Shown: positions 13,442 through 24,939 of the stretch, piece after piece
How the letters are laid out: each line of letters opens with the position of its first letter
Numbering within the stretch: position 1 is the stretch's first letter
Assembly (NCBI GenBank): GCA_973895155.1
Contig: OZ316891.1
Coordinates: forward strand, 30,449,112-30,513,111
Source: Marsupella aquatica
Taxonomy: Eukaryota > Plantae > Marchantiophyta
Direction: 5' to 3'
Length of the DNA: 64,000 nt
Notes under the pieces: model-generated
Database searches by the model: none
What the model saw: the letters and a program-made list of their open reading frames with translations, nothing else
What the model was told of the DNA's origin: nothing
Translations under genes and position numbers: made by a program

Positions 13442-13982
13442 ATGACTACTCCACTGAGCTCGAATAATGAGGATGTTTCGACGGACGATTCAGAAGGTTC
13501 GACGTATCAAATTCGGGGTACTCCTTACAAAATGTGTCAGCGATGTAATATAATGTTTACGGTGACTAAATCGGGTCAAATGTTTTGTGAGAGACGACAT
13601 TGTTTGCCACATTTGTCGATGGAAGATCAGATGGAGACCAATCCGACAGAGATGACTACAAAGATGGCATCAGGGGAGAAGTTAAAGGGCAAAGCCCTCG
13701 TGGAATCCGTTTCGAGGGGGGAAGTTGAAGGCCAGAGCATGCATCGAATCCATTTCGGGGGAAGCAGCAGCAGACGCTAAGACAGTCAAGAAGGAGGCCA
13801 AGAAAGTGGACGCACCGAAGAAAAGGCAATTAGAGATGAACAAAGATTCTGATTTGTATTACAAAAAGAGCAAGCCGAGAAAATCTATGGACGTTAGGAC
13901 TTGGGCAAAGGAAGAATTTCTGGATTCAAGGGAATCCACACCAGACACCGATGAGTGGATGCCTTCATCTTGGAATGACTGA
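13442..13982 (+). pseudogene. Small cargo gene with a putative Zn ribbon and a charged C-terminus, frameshifted
   Basis: CQRC...CERRHC in 13442-13780 overlaps a Lys-rich ORF 13725-13982 in another frame; TATAAAG at ~13307. Confidence 0.45.
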
Positions 13983-14189
13983 CTCGATCGAAGTCAACAA
14001 TATTTTGAGTAGTCGAAGATTAGAACTACAGATTCAAGAGTAGTTCAAGTTAGAACTTGTTATAGATACTGTGTAGCTTAAATTCCTGGATAGTGCTAGT
14101 GGATATGGATTCCACATCCGAAGTCCTTCGGGATCGATGTAACCATTTTTGCAATCAAGGAAAAATCAAGATTCCTCTGACTGACAATT

Positions 14190-15130
14190 TGCTAGGCTGT
14201 CGACTACAATAAACAATATCAAAAAGACCTGAGATAAATTGGTTCACACGACTGTGCACGTGATGAACTACATGTGTAACCAAAAATAGGTCATCCTACT
14301 AACAAGTTGAGATCAGGCAGATCTGAGAAATAAAGGGCGATTACGTCTAAGAGTGCAGAGCTTTCGCTGACCTCTAAAACATTAACGCGACCGGGCGCGT
14401 GATGAAACGAAGACCTCGGTTTTAAAATATATTTCTGGCCAATTCGCTGGGCAGTCGACTACAATAAACAATATCAAGATAAATTGGTTCACGCGACTGT
14501 GCGCGTGATGAACTACATGTGTAACCCAAAAAACAGGTCATCCTACTAACAAGTTGAGATCAGAAAGATCTAAGAAATAAAGGGCGATTACATCTAAGAG
14601 TGCAGAGCTTTCGCTGACCTCTAAAACATTAACGCGACCGGTCGCGTGAATCAGAACTCAGTTTCAAAATAGATTTCTGGCCAATTCTCTAGGCTTTCGA
14701 CTACAATAAACATTATCAAAAGACACGAGATAAATTGGTTCACGCGACTGTGCGCGTGACGAACTACATGTGTAACCAAAAAACAGGTCATCCTACTAAC
14801 AAGTTGAGATCAGGAAGATCTCTGAAATAAAGGGCAATTACGTCTAAGAGTGCAGAACTTTCGCTGACCTCTAAAACATTAACGCGACCGTGCGCGTGAT
14901 GAAAGGAAGACGTTGGTTTTAAAATAGATTTCTGGCCAATTCGCTAGGCTGTCGACTACAATAAACAATATCAAAAGACACGAGATAAATTGGTTCACGC
15001 GACTGTGCGCGTGACGAACTGCATGTGTAACCAAAAAACAGGTCATCCTACTAACAAGTAGAGATCTGAAAAATGGACCTCGATTACGTTACGTTTTGCT
15101 AGGCCGTCGACTACAATAAACAATAGCAAA
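14190..15130. repeat. Internal tandem array, ~3.7 copies of a ~250-bp unit, each with two ACGCG-N6-CGCGT variants
   Basis: TCGACTACAATAAACA recurs at ~14200, 14455, 14697, 14952 and 15107; units contain CACGCGACTGTGCGCGTGA and AACGCGACCGGTCGCGTGA-like sites. Confidence 0.9.
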
Positions 15131-17644
15131 ACGTACGGACAACTATACGCGTACGCCATACAATTTTAGACTAGAGAATTCATTCGGATCCTCTACTAGT
15201 ACTTCTGATACATTGCTTCTGTATTGGACTTGAAACACGGATTGATCAAACTCGGAGTGAGAAATTGGACCATAACTTCATTGACTCAATTCATGCATTG
15301 AATGCATGATTTAAGGCAACTACTCTCCTCATTTATTGTGGAATTAATGCTGATTGATACTTACAAGTTATTCAGTTGCGTGTGGTCTCAGCAATGTTGG
15401 CGGCAACCCTCCGATGTTGGCGGAAACCCTCCTCCCAGCCAAGCCTCTTCCTTCCAGCGTACCCTCCTCGTCCCAGCCAACTAAGCCTCCTCCTTTGAAC
15501 TCCAATTTCCTTGAGTATCGTGATCGAATCCCACCACCTTAGAATGACAACTTGTTGATCGTATCAAGATCAAAATCCTCGACCAGACTGTGATTTCAGA
15601 ATAGCCGCTCTTTGTTGGTCCGCTAGAATGCTTCGATGAATGAGGCAGACTATGGAGGTTCTAAATGTTTGTCGTCTCGCTTCGTCGCAACTCTCCCGCT
15701 TGATCGGATGTGCTCTCCCCTAGATTGAAGGTGATACAACAAGAACTGCGCCAGCGTTGCTTGAATGAGCTCCGCCTCCGACTGGAATAGTCGAATGATC
15801 CAATCTGCTCTACCTCAAATGTGCCTTGGATCAGCCTCCGCTGAGAGCCCAACTAGTATCCTGGTAAGGAGAAACTGAAAATGAAGAATGATTCGTGAGC
15901 AATGAGATCAGTCTATTGACTCCATGGAGGATGTGTTCATCTGGACTCGATTTTGATTTTGAAAATTGGTTGAGTCTCCAGTCGTGAGAATCATTGTACA
16001 GGATTGATTTTGAATATCGGTTCTCCCCGACCGTGAGAATCGTTTTACGTTGTTTAGAGTAAGGGTTTGAATTGGCAAGATAGAGAGTGGAGTACGGATC
16101 CGGATCCGACGGTCTCCACTACCAAAATGGAATGATTTTGAAGTTTGCCTCCACTACGTGATGGAACGATCGTGAGAAAGTTGTCGTTCGTTCACATTTT
16201 GGATTTGAATTGGCATATATAGTGAAGATACGGATCCGGGGGTCCCCACTAACAATCTTTCGCAGTTGCATAATTACCGATTTAAATTTCAAATTGGCCA
16301 TCAAATAGAAATCTCTTTTAGTACGGAAAATCAAAAGGAATCCGGTAATCTTTTTTTTACGATTGCATAGTTTGTTCAGTCGATGGTGGAGTGTACGGAG
16401 ATCATCTGGAACCTTCCTGTCGCTAGGCTGTTATTAGGGTTATGCTAAAACAATACCCTAATTACTTCCTTAGTGTCGGCGCCCACGGTCTCGAGTTCAT
16501 TGTTCATTGTTGTTGTTTCTCGCTCCCTAGACTTTTGCGCGCCTGCTCTCGTCGCTCTCGCTCCTGCCCTGGATTTCATTTTTGTCGTTGCAGCTCGTTC
16601 GTTGTGGTCAGGTGCTTGTCGGCGCGTTGCAGCTCTTAGTAGTTGTCCATCGTTTCGACCAGGAGCTCGTTGGCGCATTGCAACTCGCATTTACAACTCG
16701 TATTCACTTCTAGTTTGCTAGTTCGTTGCAGCTAGCTTTTTGGGAGTGCTTGTATCAGCTCATGTAAGCCAATTTTAAGCTCATATCAGCTCGATCAACG
16801 TGTTTCAGCAGCTCAAACTACTTTTTGGCAGCTTGTTTTAGCTCCTTCCATTCAGCATTCAGGTTTGTTTCACCTCTTTGAATCTTCAGGTTTAGTGCAC
16901 TTTTATTCATGCTCAGTTTGCCTATCCACAGCTTTGATTGTACTTCTGAAAGAGTCTTTTTAACTCGATATAATGAGCTCCTTAGCATTAAGCACATGTT
17001 ATTCAATTGGTGGCAGCGAAGCTCTATGTATAGAAGTATAGAAGCTGTGTTGTTGTTGCTTAGCATATTAATATCTTCAATCTTATATTTACTTTCTGGA
17101 ATGCCCCAACAAGGTGTTCAAGTGCTTGGACGTCAATCTCTCAGACGATTACATCAATTTTTCAGAATTCAGGTGTAATTTCTACATTTTCTGCTGGTGT
17201 TGATTGTGGTTTGCTAAAATTTCTCTTGATTGTTAAGCACAATTTTCATAATGCGGTTTGTTTGTAAACTCAAATATGTGTGAATCATACAAACTCACTA
17301 ATTAAAATACAACCTGAATCGTCTTAAGTAAGTCATTACAAACTTGCACGCTGTGAATTTAATCATATAAACTCTCATGTTATGTGAATCTCATTACACT
17401 GAATCCTTTAATTGACGAATACAACCAGTAGACTGCTAAATTGAATCATCTTAGCTGGATCATTCTCTAAACTTCTAATCTATAATAGTTTCACAATGAC
17501 AGAGCTCAAACATCTGAATTATTGTAAAGTTCATGAATGAATACAAATGAATGATTATGCTTCCTCGGATTTCCTTGTCCGTACGGGTCAGTAATCACAG
17601 TTGTATCACTGTATTATCCTATTGTCCAAAAGTTGTTTCAGCTG

Positions 17645-19464
17645 TTGACGCGACCAGTCGCGTGAAAATACTATGAGGTTCCTTTTAGGACCAGTTGACG
17701 CGACCAGTCGCGTGTGAGAAGGAAACTGGATAGATTTACTGAGCGCGTACCATATCCAAATCTCCACAGAAGGTTCAGTGGATATAGTTGTTTAGGTTCA
17801 GTTGACGCGACCAGTCGCGTCTGACGTAGATCTCTCATTGACTCGCTCTGTTAGAGGAGGTAAGGTTCCTTTTAGGACCAGTTGACGCGACCAGTCGCGT
17901 GTGAGAAGGAAACTGGATAGATTTACTGAGCGCGTACCATATCCAAATCTCCACAAGGAAGGTTCAGTGGATATAGTTGTTTAGGTTCAGTTGACGCGAC
18001 CAGTCGCGTCTGAGGTTGCTCTCTCATTGACTGGTTCTGTTAGAGGAGGTAGGGTTCCTTTTAGGACCAGTTGACGCGACCAGTCGCGTGTGAGAAGGAA
18101 ACTGGATAGATTTACTGAGCGCGTACCATATCCAAATCTCCACAAGGAAGGTTTAGTGGATATAGTTGTTTAGGTTCAGTTGATGCGACCAGTCGCGTGT
18201 GAGAAGGAAACTGGATAGATTTACTGAGCGTGTACCATATCCAAATCTCCACAAGGAAGGTTCAGTGGATATAGTTGTTTAGGTTCAGTTGATGCGACCA
18301 GTCGCATTTGAGGTTGCTCTCTCATTGACTGGTTCTGTTAGAGGAGGTAGGGTTCCTTTTAGGACCAGTTGACGCGACCAGTCGCGTGTGAGAAGGAAAC
18401 TGGATAGATTTACTGAGCGCGTACCATATCCAAATCTCCACAAGGAAGGTTCAGTGGATATAGTTGTTTAGGTTCAGTTGACGCGACCAGTCGCGTCTGA
18501 GGTAGCTCTCTCATTGACTGGTTCTGTTAGAGGAGGTAGGGTTCCTTTTAGGACCAGTTGACGCGACCAGTCGCGTGTGAGAAGGAAACTGGATAGATTT
18601 ACTGAGCGCGTACCATATCCAAATCTCCACAAGGAAGGTTCAGTGGATATAGTTGTTTAGGTTCAGTTGACGCGACCAGTCGCGTCTGAGGTTGCTCTCT
18701 CATTGACTTGTTCTGTTAGAGGAGGTAGGGTTCCTTTTAGGACCAGTTGACGCGACCAGTCGCGTGTGAGAAGGAAACTGGATAGATTTACTGAGCGCGT
18801 ACCATATCCAAATCTCCACAAGGAAGGTTCAGTGGATATAGTTGTTTAGGTTCAGTTGACGCGACCAGTCGCGTCTGAGGTTGCTCTCTCATTGACTTGT
18901 TCTGTTAGAGGAGGTAGGGTTCCTTTTAGGACCAGTTGACGCGACCAGTCGCGTGTGAGAAGGAAACTGGATAGATTTACTGAGCGCGTACCATATCCAA
19001 ATCTCCACAAGGAAGGTTCAGTGGATATAGTTGTTTAGGTTCAGTTGACGCGACCAGTCGCGTCTGAGATAGCTCTCTCATTGACTGGTTCTGTTAGAGG
19101 AGGTAGGGTTCCTTTTAGGACCAGTTGACGTGACTAGTCGCGTCTGATGTAGATCTCTCATTGACTGGCTCTATTAGAGGAGGTAAGGTTCCTTTTAGGA
19201 CCAGTTGACGCGACCAGTCGCGTGTGAGAAGGAAACTGGATAGATTTACTGAGCACGTACCATATCCAAATCTCCACAGAAGGTTCAGTGGATATAGTTG
19301 TTTAGGTTCAGTTGACGCGACCAGTCGCGTTTGAGGTTGCTCTCTCATTCACTGGTTCTGTTAGAGGACGAAACAACATTTATGATTTCACGTTGTGACC
19401 CGAAAAAATCAGTCTCTCAAAGAATTGTTTATGCATTCTGATTTGTAGACGCGACCAGTCGCGT
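17645..19464. repeat. Internal tandem array, 189-bp unit built from 109-bp and 80-bp modules, with ~20 copies of the palindrome ACGCGACCAGTCGCGT
   Basis: GTTCCTTTTAGG at 18352, 18541, 18730, 18919 and 19108 (exact 189-bp period); a palindrome starts every module. Confidence 0.97.
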
Positions 19465-19505
19465 GAAAATAATCTCTGGGATATATCATTTGGCTGAAAA
19501 GAGTC

Positions 19506-19988
19506 ATGGGCGAACCTGGTCTGGAGAGCTTCAGATATCTATGCCCAATATTTGACGTTTTGGACAGAAGCCAAGATGGTCTACTTGCGGGATATTCTGT
19601 ATTTGTTGAAACACTACTACCTGGACTTCCAGATTTCATTGTCGCGGAATTGATATGGCCTCGGATCCAGGAGACTTTTAATTCCTCGGCTAATGCAAGA
19701 AATTTCTCAATAAAGGAATTGGATGAGTTTGTAGGACTATCTTCGGTGTGTCGCAGATGGCGCCACCTTGTTGGGAATACCTATCTTCTGGGTGTAATCA
19801 AGTTGAGTTTATTAGATTTGGCTTTCCCAGGAAATCCTACTAAACCGATCGGAAATGAGTCTCTCTCATCGACAGTTCAAAGTTTCTTCCAGAAATACCC
19901 AAGAATTAAATTCATGGGGTCAATGTCCACAGATCTTAGGGAACTCTTCACGAAGACTTACGATGCTCTTCACCCTCTTGAAAAATAG
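19506..19988 (+). CDS. F-box-like cargo protein 1
   Basis: LLPGLPDFIVAELIWP...LSSVCRRWRHLV, plant F-box pattern; open frame. Confidence 0.7.
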   Translation: MGEPGLESFRYLCPIFDVLDRSQDGLLAGYSVFVETLLPGLPDFIVAELIWPRIQETFNSSANARNFSIKELDEFVGLSSVCRRWRHLVGNTYLLGVIKLSLLDLAFPGNPTKPIGNESLSSTVQSFFQKYPRIKFMGSMSTDLRELFTKTYDALHPLEK

Positions 19989-20122
19989 AAATTTACAGTT
20001 AGATGCCACGAAGTTGGATACCTTGAGGGTGACATCTACGCTTTTAAGGAATTCTAGTTAACTTACGTGACGAAGCGTGTCGTATGTCTTCTAACAATGT
20101 TTTGTGATATGATAAAAGCAGG

Positions 20123-20689
20123 ATGAGCCAACTTTTGAATGAGGCTCGAGATTTCCTTTCATCTCATGAAAAGAAATAGAAAACAATATGGGATACGCTG
20201 GATGAAACCTCCTCTAGTCTCATTGGAGGAATACCAGATATTTTGGTCATTTCAAACATTTGGCCAATACTCTACGAACACTTTATTTCAATTGAAAGAT
20301 TGTGTGGATATCGACACCTCGATAACGATTTGGTTATCGATAGGGTCCGAGACCTTATTCGGCTTGGAGCTTGTAGCAAGAAGTGGAACTTTTTAGTTAC
20401 AAATACAAGGTTATGGGCTATCCTCAAACAAGCAAACCGGATTGTCGATGTCGCAAATGATGCTCTTTACAACATACCCGAAACTGAGGAGTTGGAGTTT
20501 GACTCAGTCTGTCGAGTTATTCGACAGGATATTTCTATGCTTCCAGAAATATCTGTTCTTGGGACTACTACTTCTGAAAAAATCGCATTGTTTACGAACA
20601 AATATAGGAATTTAGATGAGGAAGAACGAGATGTTCTAATCGAAAGGTTTGGTAGATTTTCTAAGAATCTTGGTGGTCCCAGTTCTTAA
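20123..20689 (+). pseudogene. F-box-like cargo protein 2, one in-frame TAG
   Basis: ATG at 20123 is in frame with ORF 20243; TAG at 20177-20179; LIGGIPDILVISNIWP...LGACSKKWNFLV. Confidence 0.65.
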
Positions 20690-20723
20690 TGGATAGGTTC
20701 TTGTTCTTAATCTTTTCCATATT

Positions 20724-21254
20724 ATGTTGCAGTCCTTTGACATGAATCGAAAATCTCATCGTCAAATGATGATGGAGCGCATTGCACGTGCAAAGGTTAT
20801 GAACCGAAACATGATATGGAGTCAAGCTGAAGACCTGATACCCGGTCTTCCGGACGATATTGTCGAGAAATATATTTGGCCATTAGTCAAAGAGTTTTTC
20901 CACTGTCTTGGGAATTTGTCGGATACTGCAATTAAAAATCGGGTCATGGACTTGATCGCCATTCGAACAGTCAGTAAGAAGTGGTGCCACATAGTTACTT
21001 ATAGTAGTACATGGGCGACGGTCACCTTGGTAGCTTACGACTTCACTAATAGACCAGGATATGAATCGCTTCGAAGGCATTTGACTTCACGGAGTGTAGC
21101 ATTAAGATTTACAGAATCCATCAGAACTCTCCCGCCGCTGGACATTCTGGGTGGATTTGAAGGATCTGAACTTGACACGTTTAGGAACCTTTGGTTTTGG
21201 TTAGATGAAGATGAGCGAGAAGATTGGGTCAAGATAAATGTTCCTAAAATGTAA
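20724..21254 (+). CDS. F-box-like cargo protein 3
   Basis: LIPGLPDDIVEKYIWP...IRTVSKKWCHIV; shares the C-terminal LDExER motif with copy 2. Confidence 0.75.
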   Translation: MLQSFDMNRKSHRQMMMERIARAKVMNRNMIWSQAEDLIPGLPDDIVEKYIWPLVKEFFHCLGNLSDTAIKNRVMDLIAIRTVSKKWCHIVTYSSTWATVTLVAYDFTNRPGYESLRRHLTSRSVALRFTESIRTLPPLDILGGFEGSELDTFRNLWFWLDEDEREDWVKINVPKM

Positions 21255-21329
21255 TTCGGCACGACGCGACCATGCGCATGTTAGTATTTTATAATAAACG
21301 TTTAACTTTCAATATTTGTCTATTTCAGA

Positions 21330-24300
21330 ATGGATCCTACCGGAACCTCAAAGCGGAAAGAAGACTCGTCTAAAGCTGCTTTTCGAAAGAAAGCCAAGAC
21401 AAAAATGACTCCCGCGGAGACATCCATACTTGCATATCGAGGAAAGTCAATCAGAGAGAGAACAACGGAGACAAAGAGTATCCATCTCTTTGAATCGACT
21501 GAGATATCCAATTTTGGAATAGTCGTTCGCAATGGGGCTGTCCGTCTTGTGGTGGCAAGAAATGATAAAGCTACAGTTTTGGAGAGATCAAAAATTCTCG
21601 GGTGTTTCTTTGAGAAGAACATGAAAGTTAAAGAGTGTACAGAGGGATTGGTTCTGCTAGTAAGCGACGACCAGCAAGAAGACAAAATAAGCATTTGTTT
21701 GGATCGAACGCAATATGTAACCTTCAATCAGCCCTGAATCGATGATCTTCTAGGTGCAAGGCACGCCTTGGAAAAGGTTACTAGTGTGGGATATCCTTCC
21801 GATCCAGAGGCATCAACGGGAGATTTGATTTGTCAATACATTATTGACGTACTTGAGTTCCAGAGAGTTCCTTTCAACCAGGGATTTCGCTTGGGAAAGG
21901 CACCGCCAGTGAGCAAGGTTGAAGTATACTCGGCGAAGAATCTTCCGAAAGTAATTACCTTAGCGAATATCGGGGCTTTGTTCGATTCTTTCCTCAAAGA
22001 ATATAGTGCTGTGAATATATTTAACAAAAAGTCATTTTTTGTTGAGACATCACGTTGTCATCTTGCACCGGACCACATCAAGTGCCGAGAGTGGAATCAG
22101 GATTACACAGATAGGCTAAAGAATTCACTCCTCTCTCATTCGGCTATAAAGTTCGAGAAGTGATGCTACTTTTTAGTCCCTGTGAAGTGGGTTCAGTCGG
22201 AGGCCGACAGAGATCCCGACTACAATGGGACGCCCTACGATTCATCGCCAAAGGAGGAGGACATTATGACCAGTCATTTCTGGATACTCGGAGGCCAGCA
22301 CACAATAATGGCGTACAAATTGTTGAGAGAGGATGACAAAGTCAGCCAAGTTGTACGAGATGCTTGCGGTATTGTAGAAGCTGTAATGTTTTGGGCAACG
22401 CTCAACAACGACAATAATGTTCATTTGATGGGATTATCGAAAGCTCTGAACCACTGTCATCAAACATCAATGGAAGAAGGACAGTTTCTCACCATTGTAT
22501 GACAGTGTCGTAATATCTGGAACTCATTTGGGCGGCCTGGATCATATTATCGTCATCCAAATTGGAAGGTATATAAATAACCCTCTTCGATCACATTATC
22601 GTATAAACTTTTGTCACGCGAACGGTTGCGTCAAGCTTAGAATTGTCATGTTTCCATTGTTTTTCAGGTATTTATGAGAGCTACGAGTTTTGTCTGCCCA
22701 TGGGCTCAAATGGGGAAGAACGAAATGATGAAATTTGGAGAATTGGCTCCGTTTTTCTTTACAATGGAGGACGAAACATTCAAGAAGTGGATGGAGGTCT
22801 ACGAACGATCAAGGACAGGAGAGCTTTTAATTTACAACGGAATTGTACAGAGGGACGCCATCAAAATTGCGGATAATCCGTGTGCTTATCATCTTCTGAA
22901 GAAGACGTTCCTTTCTTGTCAAGGGTGCTCAGACTCGATTCTTCGAAAGGCAACGGAATATATGTTGAGCGGAAGACTGTCTATACTCAAAAACCGAAGC
23001 ATCAAAGTGAAATCTGGGAAGGCGAGGAAGTCCTCTGAGGCTCCAGTGTTGTCAACGACCAACATGAGTTTGGAGCAATTCTGTATAAAGAAGAAGATGA
23101 AAGTTGAGTTTGAGATTTTATTATTGAGTAAACTCAACGGGGAAACATCCACCCGGACAGAGCTGAAAAGTCTGACAGATTCAGCGCGGAAATTGTGGGT
23201 CAAAGGAATGATTGATCGCTTTAAGCTCGACAAGATGGTGCTGAAGCAGTTGAGAGATGCGTTGAGTGGTTATCTGAAGAAGTGCTTAAATGTAAATATT
23301 AGTAATGATAATTTGTTGAAGGAGATCGACCCTATATTCTACAGGTTGGTGGAAGGAATACAGAAATCAGTTGATAGTCAAGGAAACCAACTAGTGCGGC
23401 CGGTCGGTGAGAGGCTGAAATTGCAATCCCTGCAGGATATACAAAATACTGGGTTTGCAGACTGTATCATACGTGAAGACAAGAACCTTGCGAGCTTGAT
23501 TTATTTTGATCCCTCATCAATGGGAGATTTGCGTCCGCCAAATTGCTCATTCTATGAGGGGTTATTTTGTGCTACTAGCGAGATAGGGGCAAAACCACAC
23601 CATGTGGTTATTATTGTAGCCTCTCCCGTTGAGTCTTACTTAATCAAACGGGAATTAGGGAAGTACACACACTACGTTGCTGTCGATAGCCATTATATTC
23701 AGAAGAGGCCGAAGGAGAAGAAGCTTATTGTAACCTACGCTTTTCACAGCTTGGCCTTCAGCACAATGGGCGATCCACAAGCCCTCGAGTTCCAATTGGT
23801 CTCCAAATATCAGATTGAAAAAATATCCAATTTTGAAGAGAGCGACGAGTTCACGACACCTTCCCCAGAGAGGAGAAAGCCCAGGCGGAGAAAGCCCAGG
23901 CTGAGAAAGCGGAGGCTACGAGAGTCCTTTTAGTGACAGAGGAAAATAGGGCCAAGGCGGAGAGTGAGGCGGCTGAGAGGCTTCTGGCCGAGAGGATGGC
24001 GGACGAGACCGCAAGACCGGAGAGGGTGGAGGCGAAGAAGTTGGAGGCGGAAAAGGTGGATACCGCAAGACTGGAGAGAGAAGAAGCCGCAAGACTGGAG
24101 GCAGCGAGGAAGGAGGCCGAGAGGGCCAAGGATCTTTCGCTTATTCCTGAGGCACAATGTCTACCAAAAATAAGGCTGAATTTGAAGAAGCCTTCTTCAC
24201 CCTCAGTTGCAGTTAAGAAGAAAACATTAGACTATTTTCTTCGCCCGGAGTTTGAATTTAACGATCCACCCTTAAGTACGGTCTCGTTGGATGATTGGAA

Positions 24301-24805
24301 TAAATATTCACCGGAGCAGCTCCGAGTCCAGGCAGTCCTTGCTTTGCAATATTGGAAGGGTCTTTTGATTACCGAGGAGAAGACTGCCACTGCATCCAGA
24401 ATGGAGACAATCATCAATAATGTGCGCTTTTCCGAGAATCGAGTGCAAGACCTGGGAACGTTTTTGGCACCAGACTCGGCTCAAGTCGTTAAGAGACTAA
24501 CAGCTGACTTGACGCGACCGGGTTTGTGGTCTCGACCCCGATATATTGCAGAGGTGACTCGCGCAGAAATTGTGGCACCGGATATTTTGGAATCGGATTC
24601 CCAGATTGTGGAATATTTGAATCAAATGCCACAACCATTTGAAGGTCTTCCCGCCTCATCGCTCCAACCTTCGCAAACTGGTCCGGTGGAGCGATCACTA
24701 CGGTCTCGAGGAGGGCTGAAGGATGTTGTTGCGATTGAGGCACCCAAGAGATCAGCTGCGAAAAGGCCGGATCCACCCAATCCAAAGGTCATTCGCAAGC
24801 TATAA
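21330..24805 (+). pseudogene. Large cargo gene: ParB/Srx-like domain, possible degenerate methyltransferase-like domain and E/A/K/R-rich coiled coil
   Basis: ORFs 21330, 21768 and 22182 are one frame broken by single TGAs (21735, 22161, 22500); a phase-0 intron at ~22570-22667 joins ORF 22674; frameshift at ~23865 into an EEKAQAEKAQ coiled coil. Motifs CREWNQDYTDRLKNSL, FWILGGQHTIMAYKLL, LSKALN and ASLIYFDP. Confidence 0.6.
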
Positions 24806-24939
24806 GCTTAAAGTTTCTATTATAGACGTCATTATTTTATTATTGATCTGTTATTGTTTCTGTTTTCTGAGGCTACAACCCTTAGGCTACAACCTCAGTA
24901 CGTTATTTGAAGGCGTTCTGAAATCTCTATTTTTTGCAG

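Noticed and set aside
15300-17180. Possible minus-strand multi-exon coiled-coil cargo gene
   Set aside because: Only short fragmentary ORFs with no recognisable domain; I could not assemble a model.
17645-19464. CRISPR array (palindromic repeat plus spacers)
   Set aside because: Only two spacer sequences recur, there are no cas genes and the context is eukaryotic; it is a tandem repeat.
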